A stretch of 64,000 nt of DNA from Treponemataceae bacterium (GCA_963677895.2 CAXXGJ010000012.1:32001-96000), one strand, 5' to 3'; shown: positions 38,022 to 48,840, counted from the stretch's first letter. Notes: generated from the sequence alone by a model not told the origin. A program made the numbers and translations.

Positions 38022-40127
38022 ATGACGAAGTACTACATGAAAGGTCTCGATTGCGCCAACTGCGCGAATAAAATCGAGAATGAGCTGAGGAAGAACAAGG
38101 GTTTCGAATTCGCCACCGTCAATTTCGCCACCAAGACCTTGGCCCTCGACGCCGATTCGGAGGAGCTGGCCAAGAATATAATCGGGAATATCGAGCCATC
38201 CGTCGAGCTTCTGCGCGCCGATTCGGGCGCCCCGAAGGAAGAGGAATCCCTCGGAACCTGGTCCATCGTGCGGATCATCGCGTCGGCCGTCCTTCTTCTA
38301 GTGGGCATTCTCTTCGGAAGGCAGCTGCGCGCGACGGCGGGCGATTTCGCCGAATATATCGTTCTCGTTCCGGCATATATCCTCGTGGGTTATCCGGTGC
38401 TGAAAAGCGCCTGGATGGACCTGCTGCGCGGCAGGATTTTCAACGAGATGTTTCTCATGGCCATAGCCACCGTGGGAGCCTTCGCCATCGGGCAGCTGCC
38501 CGAAGCGGTGGGGGTCATGCTTTTTTATTCCGTCGGCGAGTACCTGCAGGAAAGGGCCGTGGCGAGGTCGCGAAGTTCCATTTCGCGCCTCATGAATCTC
38601 CGCCCCGAGTTCGCCCGCATCGTCACCGCCGGACAGGGAAGGATCGTCGATCCCGAACAGGTGATCGTGGGCGATGTCGTCGAGGTGAGGCCCGGCGAGA
38701 GGGTTCCGCTGGACGGAACCATCGTCGAGGGCGAATCCTTCGTGGACACTTCGTCGCTCACCGGCGAAGCCGTGCCCCGGTCCGTGGGCATCGGGGAAGC
38801 GGTCAAGGCGGGGTATGTCAACGATACGGGGCGGATTCTCGTGGAGGTGACCGCTCCCTTCGGCCAATCCTCGGCGGCGCGCATACTCGATCTCGTGGAA
38901 AACGCGGCGACGCACAAGGCGCCGACCGAAAAGTTCATCACGAAGGTAGCGGCCTACTATACGCCCTTCGTCGTCATTTCGGCCGCCCTCATCGCCTTCA
39001 TCCCTCCCCTCCTTATCCCCGGCGCCACGCTCTCCGACTGGCTCTATCGCGCCCTCGTCCTCCTCGTCATTTCCTGCCCCTGCGCCCTCGTCATATCCAT
39101 TCCCTTGGGCTATTTCGGCGGCGTGGGCAGCGCCTCCCGCCATAAGATCCTCGTCAAGGGCGCGAATAGCCTCGACGCTCTCCTCAAGGTGGACACGGTC
39201 GTCTTCGACAAGACGGGCACGCTCACGAAGGGCGTCTTCGAGGTGGTGAAGGTGGACGCGGCCCACGAATTCAGCGCCGAGCAGGTGCTGCGCTACGCGG
39301 CGGCGGCCGAGCGTTATTCGCCGCACCCCATAGCCAGGGCGATTCGGAAGGCGAGTCTGGACTGCGAAGCCGATGAAGTTGGCGAGGTGAGGGAAGTGAA
39401 GGGCCGCGGAGTGTCGGCCATCGTCGCCGGCAGGAGCGTGCTCGCGGGCAATGAAAGCTTCCTGAAAAACGAGGGCATCGCGATCGAGGCAGGAATGGCA
39501 AGGGCGGGAACCTTGGTTCATGTGGCCGTCGACGGAACCTACGCCGGCCAGATTCTCGTCGCCGACGTACTCAAGGATGAAGCGGCCTCCATCGTGGGCC
39601 AACTCAAATCCCTCGGAGTCCGCCGCGTCGTCATGCTCACCGGAGACAGGGAATCGGCGGCGGAGGAGACCGCGGCCGCGGTAGGCGTCGACGAATACTT
39701 CGCCGGACTTCTGCCTGAAGACAAGGTCGCGCGGCTGGAAGCCTTGAAGGCATCGGCCCCCGCCGGGAAAAAAGTCGTCTTTGTCGGGGATGGCATGAAC
39801 GACGCACCTGTCCTCATGAGGGCGGACCTCGGGATAGCGATGGGCGGCCTCGGCTCCGACGCGGCCATCGAGGCTTCCGATATCGTGATCATGGACGATG
39901 AGATCGGGCGGATTCCCCTCGCCATGAGGATCGCCGTCTTCACGAGGCGCATTGTCATGCAGAACGTGGTCTTCTCCCTCGGCGTGAAGGCGGCCTTCCT
40001 CCTCCTCGGCGCGGCGGGGGAGGCGAACATGTGGGAAGCGGTGATCGCCGATGTCGGCGTGGCCCTTCTGGCCACCCTCAATTCGATTCGGGCGGCGAAG
40101 TTCGATAGTCCCCGATCGCCTCGATGA
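38022..40127 (+). CDS. cadA: P1B-type heavy-metal (Cd/Zn/Pb) translocating ATPase
   Basis: GLDCANC, TGE, SCPCAL, DKTGT, HP, GDGMNDAP. Confidence 0.93.
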   Translation: MTKYYMKGLDCANCANKIENELRKNKGFEFATVNFATKTLALDADSEELAKNIIGNIEPSVELLRADSGAPKEEESLGTWSIVRIIASAVLLLVGILFGRQLRATAGDFAEYIVLVPAYILVGYPVLKSAWMDLLRGRIFNEMFLMAIATVGAFAIGQLPEAVGVMLFYSVGEYLQERAVARSRSSISRLMNLRPEFARIVTAGQGRIVDPEQVIVGDVVEVRPGERVPLDGTIVEGESFVDTSSLTGEAVPRSVGIGEAVKAGYVNDTGRILVEVTAPFGQSSAARILDLVENAATHKAPTEKFITKVAAYYTPFVVISAALIAFIPPLLIPGATLSDWLYRALVLLVISCPCALVISIPLGYFGGVGSASRHKILVKGANSLDALLKVDTVVFDKTGTLTKGVFEVVKVDAAHEFSAEQVLRYAAAAERYSPHPIARAIRKASLDCEADEVGEVREVKGRGVSAIVAGRSVLAGNESFLKNEGIAIEAGMARAGTLVHVAVDGTYAGQILVADVLKDEAASIVGQLKSLGVRRVVMLTGDRESAAEETAAAVGVDEYFAGLLPEDKVARLEALKASAPAGKKVVFVGDGMNDAPVLMRADLGIAMGGLGSDAAIEASDIVIMDDEIGRIPLAMRIAVFTRRIVMQNVVFSLGVKAAFLLLGAAGEANMWEAVIADVGVALLATLNSIRAAKFDSPRSPR

Positions 40128-41922
40128 AGGCGTCGGCGTATTCCTTAAGCTTGGCCTCGCCGACGCCGTAGATGCCGGCGAAGGCTTCCCTGTCCCGGGG
40201 CTTTTTCGACGCCATGTCCTTGAGCGCCTTGTCGCTGAAAACGAGGTAGGCGGGCACCGACTTCTCCCGGGCGATTTTCGCCCGGAGCAGCCGCAGCGCG
40301 TCGAAAAGTCCCTCGTCGACGTTTTCCCAGTCCTCGGCCCTCCGGGAACGCCGCTTTTTCTCTATCTCCTTTTTCTTTTCCCTCGTGACCGGTTTCGCGA
40401 GGCGGGGCGTCGCCAGCCCTTTGAGAAGCGACATTCCTTCCCCGGTGATCGCGAGGGTGCCATAGTCGCCCTCCCTTCTCAGGAAGCCCTGGCCCACGAG
40501 CTGTTCGATCATGAAGCGTATGAAAACTTTCGTCTCGGATTCCATCAAGCCGAAGGTGGAGAGTTTTTCGTGCCGCCACTTCAGCACCGCTTCCGTCGCG
40601 TTGCCCTTGAGGATGTCGGCGACATGGTCGGCGCCGAAACTCTGCCGCACCCTCGCTACGCAGGAAAGCACTTTCTGGCCAATAAGCAGGGGTTCTTCCG
40701 CCATATCCACTTCGCCGAGGCAGAAATCACAGGCGCCGCAATTCTCGGGAGCGTAGGTCTGGCCGAAGTACTGGGCGAGGGATCTGTGCCGGCACTGCGG
40801 CCGCGTGCAGAAATCGTAGAGTTCGCCCAACTTCCTCAGCATGACCTCGCTCTCGGAAGAATCGGAGAGAAGGCTCTTCCATATCCCGTAGTCGGAGCCC
40901 GAGTAGAAGAAGTAGCAGTCGGAAGGAAGGCCGTCCCTGCCGGCGCGGCCGGTCTCCTGCTGGAAATGCTCGATGGATTTGGGCATGGCGCAGTGGATGA
41001 CATAGCGTATGTTGGAGCGGTCGACGCCCATGCCGAAGGCTATCGTCGCCACGATGATATCGACCTCTTCGCGGAGAAATTCCTCCTGATTCTTTTTCCG
41101 CGTCGCGTCGTCGAGGCCAGCGTGATAGGGCAGGTTTTTGCATCCAAGAGCGTTGAGCGATTTTGAAATCTCGTCGACGTCCTTTCTTTTGAGACAGTAG
41201 ATGATGCCCGGCTGTCCTTTGTGCTTTTCGATGACCTCGCTTATCTGCTTGATAAGGCTGCTCTGCCTCTGGATCACCCTATAGGTGAGATTGGGCCGAT
41301 CGATGTCGCCGACGACGATGCGCGGCGCGCGAAGGCCTAATTCCTTTACGATGTCGTCCCGCACGGTTTCGGTGGCTGTGGCCGTGAAGGCGTGTATGGG
41401 TATGTTTTCGAATTCCTTTTTGAGAAGGCCGAGCTGCCTGTATTCCTGTCTGAAGTCGTGACCCCAGTGGCTTATGCAGTGCGCCTCGTCCACCACGAAA
41501 TAGGCGATCCTGGCGGATTTGAGCGCACAGAGCATATGCTCCATCAAAAGACGTTCCGGCGAAAGGTAGAGAAGCTTGAGGGCGCCGGCGGCGAGGCGCT
41601 CCATGATCGACCGCTGCTCCCGCGACGGAAGGCTTGAATTGAGACACTCCGCCGCGATCCCCAGGTCCTTGAGATCGTCCACCTGGTCTTTCATGAGCGA
41701 GATGAGGGGCGAGATCACGATGGCTATCCCGTCGGAGAGCAGGGCGGGTAGCTGGAAACAGAGCGACTTGCCCCCGCCTGTGGGCAGGATCGTGAGCGTG
41801 TCGGCGCCTTCCAGTATCGAGAGAATATTCTCTTCCTGATACGGCCTGAACTCCGTGTAGCCCCAGTATTTCTTGAGCGTCCGTAAAATCTCGGTCTTAT
41901 TTATGTTCTCGGAAACCGGCAA
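40078..41922 (-). CDS. recQ: ATP-dependent DNA helicase RecQ
   Basis: PTGGGKSLCFQ, DEAHCISHWGHDFR, QETGRAGRDG, Zn-binding RQC and HRDC domains. Confidence 0.97.
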   Translation of the reverse strand: MPVSENINKTEILRTLKKYWGYTEFRPYQEENILSILEGADTLTILPTGGGKSLCFQLPALLSDGIAIVISPLISLMKDQVDDLKDLGIAAECLNSSLPSREQRSIMERLAAGALKLLYLSPERLLMEHMLCALKSARIAYFVVDEAHCISHWGHDFRQEYRQLGLLKKEFENIPIHAFTATATETVRDDIVKELGLRAPRIVVGDIDRPNLTYRVIQRQSSLIKQISEVIEKHKGQPGIIYCLKRKDVDEISKSLNALGCKNLPYHAGLDDATRKKNQEEFLREEVDIIVATIAFGMGVDRSNIRYVIHCAMPKSIEHFQQETGRAGRDGLPSDCYFFYSGSDYGIWKSLLSDSSESEVMLRKLGELYDFCTRPQCRHRSLAQYFGQTYAPENCGACDFCLGEVDMAEEPLLIGQKVLSCVARVRQSFGADHVADILKGNATEAVLKWRHEKLSTFGLMESETKVFIRFMIEQLVGQGFLRREGDYGTLAITGEGMSLLKGLATPRLAKPVTREKKKEIEKKRRSRRAEDWENVDEGLFDALRLLRAKIAREKSVPAYLVFSDKALKDMASKKPRDREAFAGIYGVGEAKLKEYADAFIEAIGDYRTSPPESN

Positions 41923-41928
41923 TCCTTG

Positions 41929-43221
41929 TTACTCCATGGCTCGCGTCGCGAGCTTCTCCCTGAGATCCTCGATATCCTTGGGTATGAAACGCCCGGCGAA
42001 TATGAAGAAGGCGAAGCATATCACCCATGACACCGTGCAGATAAGGAGTATGGCGTTGCCGAGGCTGCTCTTGTCCGCGATGATGCCCGCCATGAGGGGG
42101 GCCATGGCCGAACCTCCGAACTCCACGAAATTCTGCGCCGCGTTAGTCGTAGCCCTGATCTCCGGCTCCGTGACATCGTAGAAGGAGGAAAGGACGTTGG
42201 GCGATGCCCATGGCATGAAGAAAGCCGTGGCGGCGAGGAGGATGCCGAAGGCGAGTTTGTCGGCCACGGGCGTCTTCATCGCCAGCCACAGGAGCACGCA
42301 GCCGATGGCCACCCCCGCTGCGCCCACGATGACACGGCCTTTCAGCGTCTTCTTGAAAAGCTGGTCGCCCAGCATTCCCCCGATAGGATAGCCGGCGGCC
42401 ATGATGAGAACGGCGGGCACCATGGTGAGCAGGGTCTGTGTCTCGTTGTAGCCTCGTTCGGCGCCGAGATAGTCGAATATCCAGTAGGTGATGACGTTCC
42501 AGGGAAAAACGCCGATAAAGCCCTGGAGGAAGAGTATGACGAGGCTCTTCTTCCTGAAGAGTCCGCCCACCGTCTTCCAGCTGAACTTGAAGCGCTCAAG
42601 GTGTTCGGCCCCGGCGAGTTCGGGCTCGGCGGCGCCGCGTGGTCTGTCCTTGACGAAGAGGAATATTATGACGGAAAGGATGATGCCGAGGCCGCCGGTG
42701 AGGAAGAACACGTTCCTCCAGCCGAAGGCGGCGCCGAAGGCGAGGGCGAGGATCATTCCGAGCAAGTAGCCCAGGGGCTGGGCCACCTGGAGAAAACCGT
42801 AGATCCTGCCGCGTTTCTTGGGCGGATAGTAATCGGAGATGAGACTGTAGAGGCCGGGATAGCTTGAATCGTCGATGCCCGTGCCCGCCCTCGTAATGAG
42901 AAAGAGGGGATAGGTGGGCACGACGGCATTGAGCCAGGTGGTCGCTCCCCAGAGGAGGGAGGCGAGGGCGAGGAGCTTCGGCCTGGAAAACCGGTCGTAG
43001 AGCCAGCCCCAGAGCGGATAGCAGATGGCCCCGACGATGAGAGCTCCGGTGCTGACCGCCCCCATCTGGGTGCGGGTGATCCGGAAGGTTTCCATGATCT
43101 GCGTCGTCAAGGGACCGATGAGCAGCTTGTCGGCCTGGTGGAGCAGCATGAATCCGAACATGATCCAGAACGCCGATTTCGCCCCGCTCGCGGTTTTCCG
43201 CTTTTCGATTGTTCCGCTCAT
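41929..43221 (-). CDS. MFS transporter
   Basis: About 12 hydrophobic segments; GWLYDRFSRPKL motif A; ISDYYPPKKRGR. Confidence 0.9.
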   Translation of the reverse strand: MSGTIEKRKTASGAKSAFWIMFGFMLLHQADKLLIGPLTTQIMETFRITRTQMGAVSTGALIVGAICYPLWGWLYDRFSRPKLLALASLLWGATTWLNAVVPTYPLFLITRAGTGIDDSSYPGLYSLISDYYPPKKRGRIYGFLQVAQPLGYLLGMILALAFGAAFGWRNVFFLTGGLGIILSVIIFLFVKDRPRGAAEPELAGAEHLERFKFSWKTVGGLFRKKSLVILFLQGFIGVFPWNVITYWIFDYLGAERGYNETQTLLTMVPAVLIMAAGYPIGGMLGDQLFKKTLKGRVIVGAAGVAIGCVLLWLAMKTPVADKLAFGILLAATAFFMPWASPNVLSSFYDVTEPEIRATTNAAQNFVEFGGSAMAPLMAGIIADKSSLGNAILLICTVSWVICFAFFIFAGRFIPKDIEDLREKLATRAME

Positions 43222-43233
43222 CGCGCTTTCTCC

Positions 43234-45099
43234 TTATAGCCTTTTCAGCGTTATTTCACATTCGACGACCCCGGGTTCCGGCATGATATCCAGCCAGGAG
43301 GGACCGCCCGAATCCTGCGGCAGCCGCCTGGCGACGACGCAGCCCGACGATTCCAGGGAAAAACCCGCGGGATACTGAACATCAGGCACGAAAATCTCGG
43401 TGGGCGCAAGGATCGCCTGGTCCGGTTCGTAGCGCAGATGGAAGGTTCCGGAGCGCATCTCGAAGGACATCTCCGCGATTCTACCCGCGGTCGCGTAGGC
43501 GTAGGGTCTGACGAAACCGCGAAGTCCCCTGCCGCCCGAATCCTCGGCGCAGAATACCGACAGATCCTCGCCGTTCCAGCCGTCGCCCCATTCGTGCGTG
43601 TTGTTGGCCGTGTAGTTCCAGAGCGTCGCGTTGAGAAGATTGGCGTCGAGGGCGTCGTAATAGGCCGAGAGGGCCTTTTCCTGAAGACGGAAATCGCCCG
43701 TGCGGTAAGCCTTCCGCCCGTTCATATCGAAGGGAAGACCGAATTCCCCGACAAGGCTCGGCGCCCCTCCCATCCGCTCGCGGGAATGCGCCGCTATCCT
43801 GGCGAGGGCTTGCCTGAAATAATCGCGCACGGCTCTTGGCCCTATGACAGCCCTGGCCTGTTCGGCATCGAAGGCGAGGAAGCCGGTCCACAGCTTGAAG
43901 GTCAGGGTGAAGGCGTCATACCAGTGCGTCGAGTTGACGATATCCTTGGGATCGGCTTCGCTCCAGGAGGGCGCGGCTTCATGGGCGTCTCCCTCGACGA
44001 AGATGGCGAAACGGGAGCAGGCTCGCGAAGCGCCGCGGATTTCGGCCGCTAACTTGGCCACGAATGGCTTGAGGTAGCGCTCGTTGAAGCTTCCTTTTGT
44101 CGCCGTGAAGCGCGCGGGATCCTTGAGGACCGGAGTTCCTCCCTCGATGTCCCAGAGGCCGGTCCGCCGCCACAGGCAGATTTCGTTTTTCTTCCAGGCG
44201 CGCAGGCCGGGGCTGCCCAGTTGTTCCCGCCCGATGACCTTCAGCCCGAGCCCCCGTACGCCGATCCGGTCCACGTCGACGGGAAGGCCTTCGCCCGCGA
44301 GCATGGTTTCCCAGGGCGTCGGGGAGAGGCCGGGCATCATGAAGCCCGGTCGCCTGACGCGCGCGTCGTCGATGCCGATGAATCCGGCGCCCGGTTCGTT
44401 CAGGCTGTCGATGCCGACCACATTGGGATATTTCGCGAGCCTGAGCGCGATCTCGCGCATGGCGCCGATATAGTGTTCCTGGAGGAATCGCTGGGCGGGC
44501 CTTCCTTCGATCTCGATGCCCGGGGCGAAATCGTCGCCGCCGAAAAAGAGGGTGAACATCGTGGCGCATGCCAGGCGCAGATGGTTGGAGTACCACTGCA
44601 TGCGAGGGTAATCCTTCCCCATTTCCTGGTGGAGGAGGGCGGCTCCCGAAACCTGGAAATTGCGTGTCTCGAAGCCGCAGGCTTCGAGAGTCCAAAGAGG
44701 CGCCCCGTCGCCTCCCGACCACCTGCTCCAGACATCCTGATGGGGGTCGATGAAGAGGGAGACGTCATGCCTGGCGGCGCTTTCGACGATCGTTTCCAGG
44801 TAATCGAGATAGGCGGTATCGTAGATTCCGGGTCCGGCGTGCTCCACCGCCTCCCAGGTCACCAGAAAACGTTCGAAACGCTGTCCCCAGGCCGCGAGGC
44901 GGGCAAAGTGCTCGTCGCTCTCGGCGGCGGGGAAAGGCCTGCCGACGAAGGAAACCGCCGCGCCGTCGTAGAAACCTTCGATGAGGTGGGTCCTCCCGTC
45001 GGGCGAAAATGGCAGCTTGCTGCTGCCCCCGAGGTTGACGCCGCGCAGTATCAGGCCGCGTCCCGAATCGTCGACGAAACGGTTTCCGCTGATTTTCAT
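43234..45099 (-). CDS. GH5 glycosidase of the endoglycoceramidase-related / steryl-glucosidase type
   Basis: Start MKISGN; LRGVNLGG, TWEAVEH, DPHQDVWSR..GGDGAP, catalytic NEP and GEFG, WNY...GDGWNGEDLS. Confidence 0.88.
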   Translation of the reverse strand: MKISGNRFVDDSGRGLILRGVNLGGSSKLPFSPDGRTHLIEGFYDGAAVSFVGRPFPAAESDEHFARLAAWGQRFERFLVTWEAVEHAGPGIYDTAYLDYLETIVESAARHDVSLFIDPHQDVWSRWSGGDGAPLWTLEACGFETRNFQVSGAALLHQEMGKDYPRMQWYSNHLRLACATMFTLFFGGDDFAPGIEIEGRPAQRFLQEHYIGAMREIALRLAKYPNVVGIDSLNEPGAGFIGIDDARVRRPGFMMPGLSPTPWETMLAGEGLPVDVDRIGVRGLGLKVIGREQLGSPGLRAWKKNEICLWRRTGLWDIEGGTPVLKDPARFTATKGSFNERYLKPFVAKLAAEIRGASRACSRFAIFVEGDAHEAAPSWSEADPKDIVNSTHWYDAFTLTFKLWTGFLAFDAEQARAVIGPRAVRDYFRQALARIAAHSRERMGGAPSLVGEFGLPFDMNGRKAYRTGDFRLQEKALSAYYDALDANLLNATLWNYTANNTHEWGDGWNGEDLSVFCAEDSGGRGLRGFVRPYAYATAGRIAEMSFEMRSGTFHLRYEPDQAILAPTEIFVPDVQYPAGFSLESSGCVVARRLPQDSGGPSWLDIMPEPGVVECEITLKRL

Positions 45100-45260
45100 G
45101 ATCGCTCCCGCCCTATTGTTGCGCGTTCTTGTCCGTTTTGCAATTGAAAATCTCCCGACTCGAGCCGTCGCGTGAACGATGTCCATCGGTAAAATCGCTT
45201 TGATTCGGGGCGGAATAATCGTATTTTATGATATCGGCCATGGCCGGCCTAAGGACGCAT

Positions 45261-46949
45261 ATGATCAAACACAAGGACCTTTCCATCGTAATCTCGGGCG
45301 AGGCGGGACAAGGAATTCAGTCCATCGAATCCATGATCACCACATTCGCCAAAAAAGCTTTCTTCCATGTATTCGCAACGAAGGAATACATGTCCAGGGT
45401 GCGGGGAGGGTGCAACAGCACCAGCATACGCATATCGCCGACGAGCGTCATGGCGGGCATCGACCGGATCGACATTCTCGTGCCGCTGACGCCGGAAGCC
45501 ATTCCCCACCTGAAGGACAGGATCGGCGATTCCACCATCATTCTCGGAGAGAAAAGCCTGATAGGCGACGAGCGCATGATCGACCTTCCCTTTTCCGCCA
45601 TCGCCGTGGAGGCGGGCGGCGCTATCTATTCGAATACCGTCGCGGTCGGCGCCCTCTGCGCGCTGCTGAAGATAGACCGCTCGGCATGCGAGCCGGGCAT
45701 AAGGGAGTTTTTCGCGCAGAAAAGCGGCGATATACAGGCGGCGAACGTCGACGCGTTCAACCGCGGCTATGAGCGCGGCGTTTCCCTGCGGCAGGACATC
45801 GCCATCGATATAGCCGCCGACCCTGACGTGGCCGGAAAAATAATGCTGACCGGCGCGGACGCGGTAGCTCTGGGCGCGATTGCCGGCGGCTGCAACTACG
45901 TCTGCGCCTATCCTATGTCCCCCGGCACGACGGTGTTCACGGCCATGGCCGAATATTCGAAGCGCTTCGACATCATCGTCGAGCAAGTCGAGGACGAGAT
46001 CGGCGTCGCGAACATGGCTCTGGGGGCCTGGTACGCCGGCGCCCGCGCCCTGGTTTCCACGTCGGGCGGCGGCTTCGCCCTCATGAGCGAGGCGGTGAGC
46101 CTGTCGGGCGGCATAGAGACGCCCCTTGTCGTCCATATCGGCCAGAGACCGGGACCCGCGACGGGACTCCCCACCCGCACCGAGCAGGGCGATCTCAATC
46201 TCGCTATCCACGCGGGACACGGGGATTTCCTGAAAGTCCTGCTCGCCCCCGGGGATCTCGAGGAAGGCTTCGAACTGAGCCGCGCGGCATTCGATATCGC
46301 CGACCGCTACCAATCGCCCGTTTTCATAGTGACCGATCAGTATTTCGTCGACTCGTACTACGCGACGCGGGCATTCGAAGTTCCCGAGGCGCCGCTCGAG
46401 AATAAGGTGGTGGCGACTGCCGCCGATTATCGGCGCTACGCGCTCGGTTCCCCGGACGGCATTTCCCCCCGCGGAATTCCCGGCATGGGCGAGGGAATCG
46501 TCTGCGTCGACAGTGACGAGCACGACGAAGGCGGCTACATCACGGAGAACAGGGAAATGCGCGTAGCCATGGTCGCCAAGCGCCTCGCCAAGATCAAGGC
46601 CGTCAAAAAGGACGCCATCCAGCCGATACTTTACGGCGATGCCCGCTACAGCACGCTTCTCGTGGGCTGGGGCTCGGTGAAAATGCCGGTAATAGAGGCG
46701 TTGGCCGCGATCGATCGGCCTGGAATCGCCTATCTTCATTTCCCTTGGGTGTACCCATTGCCCGAAAGCGCGGCCGGCTATATGGCGGCAGCCTCCACCC
46801 GCGTCGCGGTGGAAGGCAACGCCACGGGACAGTTCGCCGACCTCGTGGAATTCGAGACGGGCTTGCGCTTTGACCACAGAATCCTGAAGAGCGACGGTTA
46901 CCAATACACCGTCGAAGAACTAGCGGACAAGATCTCCGCGCTGCTGTAA
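45261..46949 (+). CDS. 2-oxoacid:ferredoxin oxidoreductase alpha subunit (gamma-alpha fusion)
   Basis: GEAGQG, SRVRGG, AYPMSP, QVEDE, STSGGGF, QRPGPATGLPT. Confidence 0.95.
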   Translation: MIKHKDLSIVISGEAGQGIQSIESMITTFAKKAFFHVFATKEYMSRVRGGCNSTSIRISPTSVMAGIDRIDILVPLTPEAIPHLKDRIGDSTIILGEKSLIGDERMIDLPFSAIAVEAGGAIYSNTVAVGALCALLKIDRSACEPGIREFFAQKSGDIQAANVDAFNRGYERGVSLRQDIAIDIAADPDVAGKIMLTGADAVALGAIAGGCNYVCAYPMSPGTTVFTAMAEYSKRFDIIVEQVEDEIGVANMALGAWYAGARALVSTSGGGFALMSEAVSLSGGIETPLVVHIGQRPGPATGLPTRTEQGDLNLAIHAGHGDFLKVLLAPGDLEEGFELSRAAFDIADRYQSPVFIVTDQYFVDSYYATRAFEVPEAPLENKVVATAADYRRYALGSPDGISPRGIPGMGEGIVCVDSDEHDEGGYITENREMRVAMVAKRLAKIKAVKKDAIQPILYGDARYSTLLVGWGSVKMPVIEALAAIDRPGIAYLHFPWVYPLPESAAGYMAAASTRVAVEGNATGQFADLVEFETGLRFDHRILKSDGYQYTVEELADKISALL

Positions 46950-46964
46950 GACCGGAGGATCGGA

Positions 46965-47828
46965 ATGACCGAAAATGTTTTTGACTTCAACAGGAAGATC
47001 GATATCGCCTGGTGCCCCGGCTGCGGGGATTTCGCTATCAGGAAGGCTCTCCTCTCGGCGCTCCAGGAGCTCGGGCTGGAGAGGAAAAATCTTGTGATGG
47101 TGTCGGGCATCGGCCAGGCGGCCAAAATGCCCCAGTACGTAAATTCCAGCTTTTTCAACGGGCTCCATGGCCGCGCCCTTCCGGTGGCCACGGCGATAAA
47201 GGCTGTGGCGCCCAACCTCACCGTGATAGCCGAAGGCGGCGACGGGGACATGTACGGGGAGGGCGGCAACCATTTCCTGCACGCGGCCAGGCGCAATCCC
47301 GACCTGACGCTTTTCGTCCACGAAAATATGGTGTATGGCCTCACCAAGGGCCAGGCGGCGCCTACGAGCCGCCTGGGCATGCGTACGCCCGTCCAGGTAT
47401 CGGGCGTCATCAGCGAACCGCTCAATCCGGTCGCCCTCGCGATCGCCATGAATGTGGGCTTCGTGGCGAGAACCCTCAGCGGGGATATAGAAGGCACCAA
47501 GGAGATAATGAAAAGAGCCATCCTCCACAAGGGTTTCGCCCTGGTGGATATTTTCCAGCCCTGCGTTTCATTCAACAAGGGGAATGGTTTCCAATGGTTC
47601 AAGGACAATACCTACAAGCTCGAATCCGAGTATAAAGCCGACGATCGCGCCCTCGCTTTCGCCCGCGCCCTCGAGGAAACGCCTTTTCCGCTCGGCGTGC
47701 TATATGAGAGCGACCAACGTCGACCATTCGAAGAGCTCTTGTTCCCCTATCGGGAGGACAAGAGCCCGCTGCGGGAAAGGAAACCGGATATGGAGCTTCT
47801 GCGGACCGTGATTCGGGAAAAAGCATGA
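46965..47828 (+). CDS. 2-oxoacid:ferredoxin oxidoreductase beta subunit
   Basis: WCPGCGD, SGIG, HGR, GGDGD TPP motif, YGLTKGQ, QPC. Confidence 0.95.
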   Translation: MTENVFDFNRKIDIAWCPGCGDFAIRKALLSALQELGLERKNLVMVSGIGQAAKMPQYVNSSFFNGLHGRALPVATAIKAVAPNLTVIAEGGDGDMYGEGGNHFLHAARRNPDLTLFVHENMVYGLTKGQAAPTSRLGMRTPVQVSGVISEPLNPVALAIAMNVGFVARTLSGDIEGTKEIMKRAILHKGFALVDIFQPCVSFNKGNGFQWFKDNTYKLESEYKADDRALAFARALEETPFPLGVLYESDQRRPFEELLFPYREDKSPLRERKPDMELLRTVIREKA

Positions 47829-47889
47829 GTCGTTTCTTGATGGCTTGACCGGGCGGCGGCCGCGGCCGCCAGACCCAAAGGAGGAAAGA

Positions 47890-48813
47890 ATGAATCAGGA
47901 CTTTAAAGCGATTCGTTTCCATGAATATGGCGGATCGGAAAATCTCGTTCTCGACACGGTAACCCCGGCGCCGCTCGGGGCGGACGAGGTGCTGGTGGAA
48001 GTCTATTTCGCAGGCGTCAATCCCATCGACTGCAAAATTCGCGCCGGCTACCTGAAGGAATTCATGCCGGTGCCGCTTCCTTTCACTCCAGGCGTCGATT
48101 TTTCCGGCGTCGTCGCCGATGTCGGTTCGGCGGTGAAGGACGTAAGGATAGGTCAGGCAGTGTTCGGCATCGGAAAGGGAACTTATGCCCAGTACGCCGT
48201 GGCGAAAGCGGCGGACATCGTTCCGAAGCCGGACAACGTAAGTTTCGAGATGGCTGCTGCCGTGCCGTTGGGCGCTCTAACCGGCTGGCAGGCGGTGGCC
48301 GATTCGGGAGCCGCCAAGGGTCAGTCGATCGTGGTTCAGGGGGCGGCCGGCGGCGTCGGACTTTTTGCCGTGCAGTTCGCCGCGCTGAAGGGCGCCAAGG
48401 TGACTGGCATCGCTTCGGAGAAAAACCTGACCTTTGTGAAGACCCTCGGGGCCCAAAAGGCCGTGGCCTACGACGAAGGCGCGACGGAAGCGGAAATCCA
48501 TGACGCCGATGTGGTCATCGATCTGGCTGGCGGGAAAGCCCTCGAAAAGGCATATGGGTTTTTGAGGAAGGGCGGAACGCTCGTGACCGTCGCCGGTCAG
48601 GTCTCGGAGGAAAAGGCGAAAGCGTTGGGTATCAAGGCCTTGAATTCCGGAAGAGGGCCGACCTCCCATCTGAAAGAGATCGCCGAGCTGCTGGCCAAAG
48701 GCAAGATCCGCGCCGAGTCGGGGAGCATCTTCGAACTGGCGAAGGCGAAGGAAGCGCAGGATATGTGCCAGACGAGCCACGCCAGAGGTCGCATTCTTCT
48801 TAAAGTTAAGTGA
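47890..48813 (+). CDS. NADP-dependent oxidoreductase (MDR/quinone oxidoreductase family)
   Basis: GVNPID, GVDFSG, GAAGGVGLFAVQ; RBS GAGG before MNQDFK. Confidence 0.92.
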   Translation: MNQDFKAIRFHEYGGSENLVLDTVTPAPLGADEVLVEVYFAGVNPIDCKIRAGYLKEFMPVPLPFTPGVDFSGVVADVGSAVKDVRIGQAVFGIGKGTYAQYAVAKAADIVPKPDNVSFEMAAAVPLGALTGWQAVADSGAAKGQSIVVQGAAGGVGLFAVQFAALKGAKVTGIASEKNLTFVKTLGAQKAVAYDEGATEAEIHDADVVIDLAGGKALEKAYGFLRKGGTLVTVAGQVSEEKAKALGIKALNSGRGPTSHLKEIAELLAKGKIRAESGSIFELAKAKEAQDMCQTSHARGRILLKVK

Positions 48814-48840
48814 GGGAGGCTGGGATCTGATGGCCGCTCC

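Noticed and set aside
40078..40127. 50-bp overlap of convergent cadA and recQ 3' ends (also 1696-1721 and 50162-50175)
   Set aside because: Short convergent overlaps are common in GC-rich genomes; nothing indicates a regulatory role.
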